64,000 nucleotides of DNA, from positions 364,932,001 through 364,996,000 of the forward strand of contig OZ024741.1 in the NCBI GenBank assembly GCA_964016885.1, given 5' to 3'. The stretch comes from Eledone cirrhosa. Taxonomy: Eukaryota. The notes below the pieces were generated by a model. It was not told the origin of the DNA and searched no databases. It worked only from the letters and a program-made list of their open reading frames with translations. The translations under genes and the position numbers were made by a program. Numbering within the stretch: the first letter of the stretch is position 1; the number at the start of each line of letters is the position of its first letter. Below, piece after piece: positions 38,376 through 53,167 of this stretch.

Positions 38376-38705
38376 TCTCTCGGACTTTTACAAAGGCCGA
38401 GAAGATAAAGTTCATATGAAGAATGTTCTGCTCATGTGTGGAGATGCTATAAAATAGCTTATGGTATAGGGGGAGAGCCTTTAATAGATGGGAAAAGTTG
38501 CCATTGGCCGCTATGAGGAATCAAACACCATATCTCCCCGATACCGGCTAGATACCAAGAGACTGTACTCAAACTTTTACAAAGCGCCGAGACCATAAAG
38601 TTAATATAAAGAGTGGTGTGCTCATGCGTGGGGATACTTTAAAATAACTTATAAAATAGGGTGAAGAGCCTTTTATAGATGGAAAAAGAAATAGCCATCT
38701 TGGCG
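38376..38705. repeat. Diverged ~190 bp-period tandem duplication
   Basis: acttttacaaag..gagaa/ccataaagtt..tgctcatg..gagcctt..atagatgg occurs twice. Confidence 0.7.
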
Positions 38706-38739
38706 AATGAGCACATCATTCATTATATTAACTTTCCGG

Positions 38740-39290
38740 TTTCTTTCCTCCTCCTTAGAAAAGTATAATAAAATAGGCTCGTTCAACTTCGTCCATCACG
38801 CCGTTCTGACCCATCCTTCATAAAACGCACAATAAAGCAACAGCCCCTTCCCTGTCATCACCCTTCAAGTGGTACTTGAAGAGGCTGGTGAGAGCTTGGC
38901 AGGAAAGGATGATTCCTGTCCTTAAACTCTGTAGACTTGTTTCCCATACAGCTTCCTTCGCTATAGCTACCAAGCAGAGGAAGACTTACCACGCTTCACT
39001 TCTAAATGAAGGCGGCGGTTCAATGTCCACCATTGACCCGACTGGTAGTCGGATCTGTCCTTCATGCCATATCAGTTATTCACTACAAACATACAAGTCT
39101 GCAATGTACGGATAGTCTGCGATAGCAAGCATGGCGGCTTCGTTGCCCTGCGTGTCTCGCGGATGGCTCCAGCTGTAGGTACTTTCGTGCCTGGAGAGTT
39201 TCTCAATAACAGGTAGTACCTCTCTGTAGCATCGCAATGCCAAAGATGTTTTCAAATTGTTCATAATCCCCGATCTGAAAATCTCCCAGA
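38740..39290 (-). pseudogene. Old Tx1-like ORF2 C-terminal fragment
   Basis: MNNLKTSLALRCYREVLPVIEKLSRH aligns by eye with MDNFQKSLAWQCYRGALPVRERLYRH of the 61381 ORF. Confidence 0.8.
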
Positions 39291-39312
39291 AGTGTCTGTT
39301 CAGACTGTCTTG

Positions 39313-39403
<91 letters not shown>

Positions 39404-40454
39404 CAGCAATAATAATTGTTTCTACTTTTGGCACAAGGCCAACAATTATCCCAGAGCATTACTGGTACTTTATTTTGTCGACCCCGTAATGATGAAAGGC
39501 AAAGTTTACCTCGGCGGGATTTGAACTCAGACCAGAAAGGGCTGTAACTCTTTGCTGAAAAGCATGGCGTCTGACCCTCTACTGATACTGCCACTCCAGG
39601 TTTCTAATTTTGGCCAGTTACTTTTCAGAGAGGGAAGAGTTGATAACATTGGCCCCAGTTCGTAACAGGTACCTTATTTTAGCGATTTATGAAGGTTGAA
39701 AGGCAAAGCTGACCGCGGCGGGATTGAAACTCAAATAAAAGTCAAACGTTTATCTACAAACGTGAATTTCCCCAACCTCAAGCACAATGATGAATGTAAA
39801 ACTTGGTGAAGAAATTATCGATTTTGTTTTTTCTAACTATAAAGCCATGTATATAAAATTGAAACAAGATAGCATGAATTGAAATTACCATCATTATTGA
39901 TGTACATCAAGGGCAGTGGATTGGCAGTATCGGTAGTGCGTCAGACACCATGTTTTGCAGCATAAAGTTATGGCCCTTTGCGTTCCGAGTTCAAATCCCG
40001 CCGAGGTTAACTTTGCCATTCATCCTTATGATGTCGATAAAATAAAGCACCAGTAATATACTGGGGTAATTGCTGGCTTTGAGCCAAATGTAGAAACAGT
40101 TATTAATGTACATTTGAAACCAGTAGATTGGAAGCGCGCTGGACAAAATACTTTGCGGTATTTGTTCTGGCTCTTTACCTCCTGGGATCAGATCTAGACG
40201 CAGTCAACTTGGTCTTTCATTCTTCCGAGGTTCGATAAAATATTGTAGTAATCAAGTACTGAAGTTTATATAATCGACATTTCTCTCCATTCAAATTGTT
40301 GGTCTAGTGCCTAAATTAGAAAGCATTATTGATGTTTATCTGTAATCGTCAATATAAAGTTAATTATCAGTATATTGGTTTATAGAAAAAATGTCTAATG
40401 TTAATGATTAACAGTTGAAATGCATTAGTTGATTAAGATAACCGTTTGCAGGTC

Positions 40455-41470
40455 ATAACGAAAAGATAACCGTCGAGAGACTAGTTGGAATATTGAAGGG
40501 AAGATCAAATTCAAGACAGGTTGGTCTTGGGAAATCAACTTAAAAGATTATAATCTATATACAATAATAAGTTTTATTTGCTTTCACAGAATAACTTACA
40601 TATAAGCGGATAGAAATGGTATTGGAAAATAAACTTAATCCGTTTCAAATGAACAGAAGTATTCAGTGAGCCATCACTTATCCATATTCAACTACTGTGA
40701 GCTGGATTTGAGATAATTTTCTCCTACATAAGGCACATTTCTATAGTATATGATATTACTATAAAAGGATTTGTGTCACGTCCTGTAAGTTAATGAATCT
40801 CTAATCAAATAAAATGTTTCTGGTGTTTGAAATGCTTACAGGTGACTCTTCAAGTAATATCGATAAGAGAATTGTGCCAGTGGCAGTTAAACGTCATTTC
40901 CAGAGATACCATGCATTAATTATGACACGTTATGATTAAACTTTCGGCTCTTTGAACAGATCTTAATTGAATACTACTTATGACACTTAAATTATATCAT
41001 ATTGAAATGGAATGTAAAACGGAATGACATTTTAATTACCCATGAATTTTCCTGTTTCAAAGGACTACGATCCCTATCATTAAATCACTTTAGAAATCTC
41101 CCTGACATGCAACTTCACAGGAGGCTGTCCGAACCTACGAAGATGTGAGCTATACCAACATTCTTTTGAAGAATTCAGCCATGATCGAGAAGGCTTCAAC
41201 ATAATTTCAGATACAGCTGATTTTTTTTACAGTCGCACAGCATTTCAAATTACCTTTTGTTGGAGTGGGCCAATATAAACTACATCTGAATAACTAAACA
41301 TCAGCACTTATTTTCTCAACACCGGACGCAACTATATATAGTTTGATATTTTGTCTGTCGTTCAACTGATTCTGTCAATCCATGAAACATATTCAAAACA
41401 AAATATTGTTTTCTGTCTTCAAAGAAGCCAACAAATTCTAAACAGAAGCTGAATTAACAGATGAGGAAAT
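40455..41470 (+). pseudogene. Possible decayed leucine-rich-repeat (LRR_CC/F-box-like) gene remnant
   Basis: FKGLRSLSLNHFRNLPD and GGCPNLRRCELY in neighbouring frames; candidate splice signals; many stops. Confidence 0.3.
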
Positions 41471-41481
41471 TAAGAAAAACT

Positions 41482-42030
41482 CATGGCGCGTTTCTGGCTA
41501 AGAGTGTCCACCCTGACCATTACCTCGTCTCAGTTCCTATCCACCTGGAGGTCTAAACCGAACCAGAACTTAAGCAACGTGACGGGTCTGTCAGTCCAGT
41601 GTCCAAAAACGTTGTTGAATTGCATGCATTTGCCTATCTAGGTGCCGAGCTGGAAACCCATCGAATTTTCGGTTTGATTTTTGCTCCCATCAACGTTTCG
41701 TATCCCTTTAAGTCATCGCTGACCACCTCTATTTCATTTCCGAAGTGTTTCACATCATCATGGTGACGTCGTCCGAATATGTATAAACAAACGTTCCACG
41801 TCCCGGTTTAAGCGGGAAGTACAGAGGTCATGATCGTAAACGGTTCTGATAGGTGGCCATTTAAGTTGACAACCGAGCAGATGCCGCTAAAGAGAGCACT
41901 GAAACCAGCTGCCTTGAGGACAACCGCCAGGTATTGGTGGTCGACCCTATTAAAAGATTTCGGTTGATCTAAATTGATTAGAGCCCCACCGAAGCCAAGT
42001 TTACTCCCTACCCTCTCGATGATATAATGA
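41482..42030 (-). pseudogene. Old Tx1-like RT fragment
   Basis: GFGGALINLDQPKSFNRVDHQYL and WTDRPVTLLKFWFGLDLQV match the 63005-64000 element. Confidence 0.85.
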
Positions 42031-42849
42031 TAACACCCCCACCACCACCACCACCACCAACAGCAACAACAACAATAATTATAATGATTTCTAGTATAGG
42101 CACAAGGCCAGTAATATAGGGAGGGGGAGGAGAAAGTCGATTAAGTCGACCCCAGTGCGTGACTGGTACTTTATTTTATCGACCCCGTAATGATGAAAGG
42201 CAAAGTTTACCTCGGCAGGATTTGAACCCAGACCTTAAAGGGACGTAACTCTATGCTGCAACGCATAGCGCCCGACCCACTACTGCCATAATAATAATAA
42301 TCTTCCTCCACAAAAACCCCTAAAACGAAACAAAACAAACAAAAACATATAGACGAAATATAATTGATTACTCAATGACGTTAAATAATAATTGGCAGCA
42401 TTTCAAAATTTTGGCTTACAACATGTAGTTCGACTAGATAGAATAATACTTTTTTTTAATTAATATTTTATTTCAATTCCTCGTAGCCTTGTTATTGAAG
42501 AGAACTGAAATATCTTGCTTGGCAGTAGACTAATTGAGAGAACCAATTAATTGATTAATTAATTAATTTTTTTAAATTTTGAAAATTTTTTACCCTAGTT
42601 TTTTTTTTAAATATAAAATCACCACAATCACGATCATCATTCTCATGAATGTAATTTATTTCTTCTTCCTCCATTTTATCACCACCACCACCACCACCTC
42701 CACCACACCTGCTGATATCATCACGATGACCCTAATCGTCATCGCTACACTACAACTATTATCATCATCATTAAACGTCATCAAACATCGTCATCATTGG
42801 CATCGTTCCACCGAGTTGGTACATCAAAAATTCCACGGAACCGCTGTTG

Positions 42850-43825
42850 TTGGAAGTAAGAAGGACAGAGATGTGCAAAATAGAAGATTGGAAAGAAAAA
42901 ACACAGTACAAGCAATTAAAGATGGATGAAACGGATAGTAGATGGACAGAAAAATATATGTATGGACAATTCTATAGAGATGTTAAAGATAGGACAAACA
43001 GAGAAAAAAAGTAATCTAAACGTAATCTAAAACCGGCAACAGAAGCCTTAATCTGTGCTGCTCAAGGACAAGCACTAAGAACTAATTACACCAAGCATAG
43101 AGTAGGCTACACAACAGAAAGTGGTAAATGTAGAATCTGTGGCATGAATGGAGTAACTGTATGGCATATTACCAGTCAATGTACACCACTAGCTCAGAAA
43201 GAATGTAATAGACGTCACGACAACATAGCAAGGATTGTCCATTGGGCACTTTGTGGGAAATATACACTTGACAGAGAACAAAAGTGGTACGAACATAACC
43301 CTGAAGGTGTTATCGAAAATGATGCTGCTAAGATCCTGTGGGACTTTGTGATACAGTGTGACTATGAGATTGAGTATAGGAGACCAGATATTGTATTAAT
43401 TGAGAAAGAAAGCAAACAGTGTTGGATCATAGGTATAGCCTGTCCAGCTGATAACAAGGTATGCGATAAAGAAGGAAAAAAACTGATATTACAAGTTAAC
43501 TTGGGAGATTAAGCAGTTGTGGTCACTGAAAAAGGCGGTGGTAATAGCAATAATAGTTGGAGTCTTGAAAAGAGACAGTAAAGATCTTGGAAAGTACATT
43601 AAACAAATTGTGTTGCAATACGGATGGAACACATACGAAAAAAACAAAAAAAAAACAACAACAAAAATCACTCCAAAGAACAAAACAAAACAAACAGACA
43701 ACATTGCTTGGAACAGCTCGAATACTCCGGAGGGTTCTCGAAAAATAAGGGTTGTTACCTCAGTTCACAACCGTTAGAAGCTGAGCGAAGAAACAATAAT
43801 AGTATTAATGATAATAATAATAATT
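42850..43825 (+). pseudogene. 5'-truncated Dong/R4-clade element (CCHC + RLE) ending in (TAA)n
   Basis: TEALICAAQGQALRTN, CRICG..WHITSQC, RRHDNIARIVHW, RRPDIVLIEK. Confidence 0.88.
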
Positions 43826-44061
43826 GAAATAATGATAAAGATGGTTATCTATCGGAAAGGGTCATAAAGTTATTAATCATATTAAGATACAGTATTTTGT
43901 TTCCCAAGAAAGTGAAGTAGAATATATGCGTACATACAAACATACATACACACACAGACACACACACACACACTCTCTCTCACACACACACACACATATA
44001 TATATATATACGAGCGCACGCACACACACATATATATATATGTAAACACACAAGCACATAT

Positions 44062-44110
<49 letters not shown>

Positions 44111-44114
44111 GACA

Positions 44115-44179
<65 letters not shown>

Positions 44180-44273
44180 GATTTCCTTCGAATGAAACAG
44201 TTCTATTCCTGAAGAAGCCATTTCTATAATATATATATATATATATTTGTATATATATATATATGTATATATA

Positions 44274-45060
<787 letters not shown>

Positions 45061-45062
<2 letters not shown>

Positions 45063-46598
45063 ATTTAGGGCCCTTCTAAATTTGTAGGCTAGTTCGCCTC
45101 TAGGGGTTGTATCGATGAACATTACACTCTGGTATTTATTGCTATCATACCATGAGTTTATTATATTGGCCTTGTTCCTAGTTCATTCAATTCTATTCCA
45201 AAATTTGCTCCTATACAAGGGGCAGGTCCCATTTATGTCATTATTTACCATTTTTTCCCATTTGGTTCTGGCTCCTCTATACACTCTGATTCTATCTCTC
45301 TGATTGTAGCCAGAGAACGGATTTGGTACGGGTGATGAGAAATGTGTTCCGCATGTGCAACCCCGAAGAACTAGAGAGACACATACAACACTTCATCCAC
45401 CGTATGCAGTTCTCTGGCTACAATCAGAGAGATAGAATCAGAGTGTATAGAGGAGCCAGAACGAAATGGGAAAAAATGGTAAATAATGACATAAATGGGA
45501 CCTGCCCCTTGTATAGGAGCAAATTTTGGAATAGAATAGAAAGAACTAGGAACAAGGCCAATAGAATAAACTCATGGTATGATAGCAATAAATACCAGAG
45601 TGTAATGTTCATCGATACAACCCCTAGAGGCGAACTAGCCTACAAATTTAGAAGGGCCCTAAATAAACATAAACTCAATATTAAGATAGTAGAAAGACCA
45701 GGTACCTCCGTAAAAACACTTATTAGCAAGACATACCCGTTCCAAAGACCCTCATGTATAGATAAGAAATGTATAACCTGTAAAATAAGCCCCCATATTA
45801 ACTGTAAAACTAGAAATGTAGTGTATAGCATAAGATGTACTGAAGGACAATGTAGAAGCAAAAATATAGTGTACATAGGTGAGACAGCTCGTAGTATAGG
45901 GGAACGGATAAATGAACATGGGGAGACCTTCAAGATAATAAAGAATCATCTGTACTCTACCAACATGCTAAGGTAGAACACAAGGGTAAATTAGAGAACT
46001 TAGAAATAAAAATAGAATCTACACACAGAAAAGATGCAATGTTTAGACAAATTACAGAGGCAATAAACATAAAAGAATTACAACCAAAATTAAATAGAAA
46101 ATATGAGTGGAACAGCAACATCACAACTTACAATTAAGGACAAAATGAAAACACATACACACATAGAACAAACAACCAACCAATAACATGTAAATAAATA
46201 AACAAATAGATAAATGAACACAAACACACACAGACACCCGGATGTGGCGCATGCGCAAACTGAGCACACAACACACACACAGAAACAAAATGGCGTAGGA
46301 CAGAAGAAAGGAAAGGCACAGAAACAAAGAAAGGAATCCCCAGTCACTGAAGAGGTCACAGAGTGTGTGACGAAAGGACTATGACTATATATAAACAACT
46401 ATCTGGTTGTGGAACCAACCAACCAACCAGATATTTATAAATTTGTAGATTTGTAAATTTATAAATATATAATAAATTGAAGTGAAAGCAACTGGTGCGT
46501 GTGTTTCTTATTGGCAACATGACCCTCCCAAAGTATAACAATATCGGTTTCAACACACGATTTCAGATAAAGAATCTTGCTAAACAAATTCAGAAACG

Positions 46599-46600
<2 letters not shown>
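45061..46600 (+). mobile_element. Naiad-type Penelope-like element: 3' ORF (RT thumb, Zn linker, GIY-YIG; 45323-46137 with one frameshift), pLTR, and 258 bp inverted 5' piece
   Basis: RMQFSGY, PLYRSKFW, VERPG, CIDKKCITC..C..VVY..C..C..YIGETARS..R..EH, LNRKYEW; 45061-45318 is the reverse complement of 45409-45666. Confidence 0.88.
46342..46386 (+). ncRNA. Type I hammerhead ribozyme in the Naiad pLTR
   Basis: agtca-CTGAAGA-gGTCACAgagtgTGTGAC-GAAA-ggac-TA-tgact. Confidence 0.85.
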
Positions 46601-46696
<96 letters not shown>

Positions 46697-46772
46697 TATA
46701 TGTATATATATATATATATTTATGTGTGTATATATGTGTATTTTTATGTGTATGTATGTATAAATATGTATG

Positions 46773-46824
<52 letters not shown>

Positions 46825-47617
46825 TTTATATGAATATAAGTATGTATATTTTATGTGTGCATATGTTTTATATATGTATGTATTTTATATATATATATAT
46901 ATTTTTATATATATAGATATTTTATATATATGTATGTTTTATGTGTATATGTGTATTTTATATATATATATATGCTTGTGCGTACACATATATATATACA
47001 CACCTGTCTGGATTTGTGTGTGTAGATGTGTGTGTGTCTGAGGGTGTAGGTGTGAGTGTATGTACAAGCCAACCAACATAAGCCTTTTATTTCTAAATTT
47101 TCTAAACTATCTAAGTATTTGACTCTAACCATTATTTTAAGTATTACCACCCCACATTAATTCCTCAATTTGTATGTGTGAATGTGTGTGTGTGTCTGTG
47201 GATGTGGGTGTGAGTGTACGTGCAAGCCAACCTAAATAAGTCTTTTTATTTGTAAATTTTCTACTCTAACCATAACTTTCAGTAGCACCACTCCACATAA
47301 ATTCCTCAATTTAAGAATAACCTGTAGTATCTATTCCTACTATTAACCTTAATTCAATATATATCTGACCAGGAATGCTTTTTGTGAAAATCAGTCATAT
47401 GGAACTATTGTCATCTTGCCTGACGGTTTGAACTTTACAACACCACCTGCCTCCTTGAGGTCAAATACCAACTCCACTAGCATCTACAAACTGACCAATG
47501 AGAATTAAGACTATTCCCGCTGACAACATTAAATTGTTCCTAAGAAGCTCATATGTCCCAAGGCTCTGATACCATCAGCACTATAAACACGTAGCTGGCA
47601 TATCTAAGAACTGACTA

Positions 47618-47675
47618 ACTGCCTGATGAGGTCATAGCCATTCAATGGCTATCATCGAAATATATATATAGCAGT
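47618..47675 (+). ncRNA. Type I hammerhead ribozyme downstream of a PLE C-terminal relic (..PDGLN at ~47420)
   Basis: actgc-CTGATGA-ggtcATAGCCATtcaATGGCTATcatc-GAAA-tatatata-TA-gcagt. Confidence 0.88.
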
Positions 47676-47806
47676 AAATAAAGGATTACGAGTTCATGCA
47701 ATTGACTTATATTTCGTCAGTATATATATATATATATATATGTATTTGATATATATCTATCCTTATCGAGCCCTCTTTGGATTTTAGTCTTGAAATTTAT
47801 TATTAT

Positions 47807-47867
<61 letters not shown>

Positions 47868-47874
47868 TATCGTG

Positions 47875-47935
<61 letters not shown>

Positions 47936-47984
47936 TGTATATATATATATAAATATATTTTATATATATATATATATTTATTTA

Positions 47985-48411
47985 TTAAAATAACAGATTA
48001 AAGTTTAAGCAAAGAATCGCTGCTTTCACCCTTAACGGGATCTTCTGAAACTAACAAAGTCAATCTGTAAACGCAGAAGTGAATATTTCAAAAAACGTTG
48101 CAACCGGAGGAAGACAAGAAGACGATACTTTGTTTCGTGGAAACGTTCACTGGCAAAGAACGGGAAAAACGAATATAATACGTCCTTAGTTGGAGCGGTG
48201 AAACACAATTACACGCAAAGACAGAACCACGTATATGGTATAAAAGAAGCCGTAGACTAATATTCTCTTAGGTAGTTCATAGAGACGTTCTCAGGTAATG
48301 AACGGAAAAAACGAAGATAATACGTCATATGTGGAGCGTGGAGAACAATTGCACGCAAAGACAAAACCACGTAAATGTATATATATATATATATCTATAT
48401 CTATATATATA

Positions 48412-48446
<35 letters not shown>

Positions 48447-50824
48447 TATCTCTTTGTCTCCTTTTCTCTCACTTCCTCTGTATTCCTTATTTTAACTTTC
48501 TAACTTCCATAGTGAGAATAAAAGCGAAAGGTGGAAAAACATATGTATGGAGAGAGGAGAAACAGTAATAAAACTGGTATAAATTAAGCTAACTATATAA
48601 AATATAATAATTCATTGGTGAGACTTACGTCGTTTATATTTCTAAACATTTCACATAGAATAATCTCATATGAACGTTCCCATAAACAATTTTATAGACA
48701 CCAACAGTGGAAATATTGTGGATACTAATAATACTGAATGAATATGTATACACACTCTAATTCTGGGGAGGAGCTGAAAGACCAAGTGTTTCCGAACTGA
48801 CAGAAAATTACCAAAATCACAATTGGCTGTGCGAAAGAGCAATAGTGGCTCCAAAAAATCTCGGATTACAATGAAGTGGTGAACTATCCTCCAGAATTTC
48901 TTCATTCATTGGAGCCTCCAGGACTACCTAACCACATATTAGGACTTAAAGTTGGAACTCCTGTAATGCTGCATAGGAATCTAGATCCGCCAAGACTGTG
49001 CAATGGGACACGACTGGTTGTAAAGAAAATGATATCACATCATATCGAGGCAACAATTCTTGCTGGATGTGGAAAAGGTGATGACGTTTTCATTCCAAGA
49101 ATCCCTGTCATTCTATCAGGAGCAGAAATTCCATTTTCATTCAGACGTCTGCAATTTCCAATTCGTGTCAGCTTTGCAATGTCCATTTACAAATCCCAAG
49201 GTTAGACCCTGTCTGTGACCGGACTTCTCTTGGAAGAGACATGTTTCTTACATGGACAATTGTACGTTGGATGTTCGCGAGTGGGAAGCAGAGGAAACGT
49301 TTTCGCATTTGCACGACGCGGAAAAACAAAGAACATTGTTTACAACGAGGTGTTATAATACAAAATACGAGGACGAAGGTAAGTATATACCTTATTTCCC
49401 TTGCTAACCCAAATCAGTTTCTTTTGTCTTACATAAAAGCCGTCAAATAAAAGATGCTCCAATGGTTAACATACGATGAGACAGTGAAACGAGTAGGACC
49501 AAGTCATTCTCAAACGCGAAACTACAAAATGTTTTCTGTTCAGTGACTACTGATTCGTTATCTGTACGTAATAAATAAAATAGATGACTCGATGGCTTAT
49601 TCCATCCTAGCATTTCTTCTCATTTGGGTTTTTCCTACCAATCTCGAGCAACGCGGGGATTCAGCTTCGTACGGACTCATTACATTTTCAAATTTGTGTC
49701 TACTGCGCCCTCTATAAGAGAAAAACCGACTTTAAAAAAATCATTTTTGTCAATAACTTCTACAGTTTACATCCGATTTCCTTCAAATTTTGAACTAACA
49801 TACATTTTGTTCCCGACTTTATTTAGGACCCATAACATTTTGTTTAGTATACCCACTGGACTAGAAAAAATGAATCGAAAAAATCCGCATCGTAATAACA
49901 CCTATAATTTGTGACCGATTTTTTTCAAATTTGGAACAACTATGCCTCATGTACCAAACATTATTTGGACTAACCGATTATTCGAGTTTTTATGTGAGAA
50001 AAACTAAATTTTAAAAAGTATCGACGTCAATATCTACACATACAGATACATATGTGATGAGAGACAGGTGTGCGTGAATGTATGTCTGTGTGTGTCTGTA
50101 TATGTAAGTGAGTGTATGTGAGAGTGTGTATGAGTGTATGTGACAGTGTATGTGTGTGTGAGTGTATGTGTGTAAGTGTGTGTGTGGGAGTGTGAGTGTA
50201 TGTGTGATCATTTTTATTTTAACGTTAGGCCTCAGAGAATTAAACACACACATCTTCACATACATATAGCGTTAGTAAGTTGCATACACATTATCTTCAC
50301 ACACAGACAATTAAATACACACACACACATCTACACATACATATGTGGTGACTGACAAGTAATAGGTTTGCGTGATTGTATGTTTGTCTGTGTCTGTCTT
50401 AGTATATGTATGTGAGTGTGTAGCTGTGCGTGGATGTATGTATGTCTGTGTGGCTTAGTATACATATGTTGAGTGTATGTGTGATAATTTTTATTTTCAT
50501 TTGCATTAAAACAATAGAAAACGACACGCCTTTGTCAAATTTTGTATATGAATATGAGAGTGTATGTGTGTGAGTGTGTAGCAGCAATTTCTTCATTTGG
50601 ACAGCAACAAAAAATTGCACAATGAATATTGTTTACCGTAAGGTGCTTCAAAATTGACAGATTTTCATTTTTAAATTTTATTATCATTACAATTTTGATA
50701 TTTTAAAAATAAAATATAGATATTTTGAAATAATTATGGGGAAAAAAAACATATCTTCATACTTATTGTTTACTAATGTGAATAAGAACAACAGTCACCC
50801 GGGCAACGCCGCGTAATTCACCTA

Positions 50825-50825
<1 letters not shown>
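47985..50825 (+). mobile_element. Internally deleted Helitron with PIF1-helicase C-terminal fragment (48876-~49360)
   Basis: LKVGTPVMLHRNL..LCNGTRL..RLQFPIRVSFAMSIYKSQG..HGQLYVGCSRV; 3' hairpin-like cccgggcaacgccgcg followed by CTAG-t; 5' boundary uncertain. Confidence 0.88.
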
Positions 50826-50868
<43 letters not shown>

Positions 50869-51879
50869 GTATGTATGTATGTATAAATAAATAAATAAAT
50901 GAGTATATATATATATATACGTATGTATGTATAAATAAATAAATAAATAAATGAGTATATATATATATACATGTGTGTGTTTGTGTGTTTATACTTGTAT
51001 ACAAAAATACATACATATATACATATATCTTCAATTTATTTCCGTTCTTCCTCGTAAGATCTTGTAGCAATGTTTTTACGCCATCTTTGTTTAGTTATAT
51101 CTTAATTTCTTCTACCTTCAAGCCATCCCTGAAAGCATAACTTCGGTAGACTTTAGGTGTGTAAACATATTCAGTTGTCATACATTGTACTATGTCGATT
51201 GAATCTACTATACGCCTCACCAAAGCAGATGTGACTGTGTACCATTGTCAAAAATTATCCTAAAATACAATATTTATTAAAACATACGATTCAGATCGAT
51301 TATAAGCTTCTTACCTCGACAATAAAAACAAAAACAAACAAACACTTTTATTGATTATAAAATGTCAACGGATACTTATTTCCATATATGGATTATAGGT
51401 ATAAATATTGAAATTATGCTAATTGGTTGAAATATTCTAGCTAAAATGGTTATATTTGAATAAAATAAACGAATCTAATAACAGAAATTGTTTACAATCG
51501 TAATGGTATGTTCCACCCACCCCTCAAAGGAAGTTCTATTAATATTCCTCTGCTTAGCTTTAACTTCATGAAAACTACGCATGAAATGGGTGGATTCTTA
51601 CTTTTACTTGGTAGATTTGGAAGAAGAGCTAATAACCATAGTCTTTCAGGAGTAGAAAAAATAATTGTTTTTACTTTTGGCACAAGGCCAGCAATTACCC
51701 AGTGCATTACTGATACTTTATTTTATCGACCCCGTAAGTATGAAAGGCAAAGTTAACCTCGGCGGGATTTGAACTCAGATCATAAAGGGCCGTAACTCTA
51801 TGCGTCAAATCATGACGTCCGACCCTCTACCAATATTGCCAATCCACCGCAGGAGTAGAAAAAATAATGCCATTGACGT

Positions 51880-52320
51880 TCTGTTTAAATTATTTCAAGC
51901 CCACTCCTTTGGTAAACACTTGAGCAGTGAGGCAAGACTAGGCATAGTAGCTTGTGCGGGACCTGTGGGCGTTGGATATAGCATGAGTAATGAGAGGATG
52001 ATAGGCAAGTGAAGCGGGAGTATCTGAGTGGAGGTGGCATGCGTGCAGCAAGCTCCTGGGAGCGGAGACCATTTTAGTTACAGTGGAGGAGGCAGAGGAA
52101 GGAAATTGCATATCTGTGAGCTAGTGAAATTGTCAGAGGATGACTTTAAATCAATTAGGTGAGTGGATTTCCTCAGGGTGTGGTCTAGGATGCCAGTGTG
52201 AACAACAGCAACACCAATCCTGATATGGGATACTTTCAAAATTATAAAAGTTCTGATGTTGCTGTAGAGATTTCCGTTGATCTTTGGCATGTGAACAAGT
52301 CCATCTATTTTGCATGGATA
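51880..52320 (-). pseudogene. Highly degraded CR1/Jockey-like RT fragment; a CR1-like 3' end also at 53330-53540 (+)
   Basis: Weak GV..GILDHTL-type motif; LWNSF..NFQQFKQNIN. Confidence 0.4.
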
Positions 52321-52347
52321 CTCAGTTGTTGCTTATTTAATTGACCA

Positions 52348-52711
52348 ACTCTCGGGTCTCGAATAAGGCCTCCCTTCACACACTTATTTATTTTTCAGAT
52401 TCCCCCCACTCTTATTCCGCGCCCCTCGCTTATTAAATTTTGCTAATCTATCTCCCGCGAAATTTTACTTTAAGTGGTAGTATTCCTGCGACAATTAAAT
52501 TGCTTTAAAAAATTAAAAAAACATTATACATGACAAACAAGTACATTACTAGAAATCCCATACGTTATAAAATAAATAGGATAGTTGGGGTAAACTAAAT
52601 GAATAATTCTGGCTTTTAAAAGATCAACAGAGACAATCTTGAAAAATTACCGATTTTCCAACCCCACTCCCGCTTATTCTACCCCCCTCTATTATTTGGG
52701 ATCCGAGAGTA
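52348..52711. mobile_element. MITE with TIRs (Tc1/pogo-like)
   Basis: actctcgggtctcgaataa / ttatttgggatccgagagta. Confidence 0.7.
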
Positions 52712-52980
52712 TAAATGATAATTTCATTAAAATTTCAATTAAATAGTGCTAGATCTAAACAATGCGACACATCTAGTCCAATGCGCTTCTACTGTCGTCA
52801 AAGATATCAACTCTTTTCTTACCAAACCACCTGAAAACACCAGTGTTTATATTTATCTAAAGCCCTTCCATCATAATTCCATGTTATGTTACAAACACCA
52901 GTTTAATAATGGTAAAGTTAGTTATATTACTAATTGCCACCAAAGTTTTGACTGCTTTCAAAATATTTTGAAAACTATAT

Positions 52981-53167
52981 CAGACCTGCCAACCTCTAAA
53001 AACCCAAACGGGGAGTACCATGAAAAAAGTGCCCCAAAAGGGGAGAAGTGAGGCAAGTTGAGGAGATTCTACATAATGAAAGCTATTTTCACGAGGAAAG
53101 ACATCTCTAACCTATCCCAAAGTGGGTGGGAGATCTCCCTGTTGGACGAGGAAAGTTGAAAGGTCTG
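52981..53167 (+). mobile_element. Short TIR element (hAT-like ends); second copy at 6893-7063 (-)
   Basis: cagacctgccaac...gttgaaaggtctg; internal sequence shared with 6893-7063. Confidence 0.7.
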
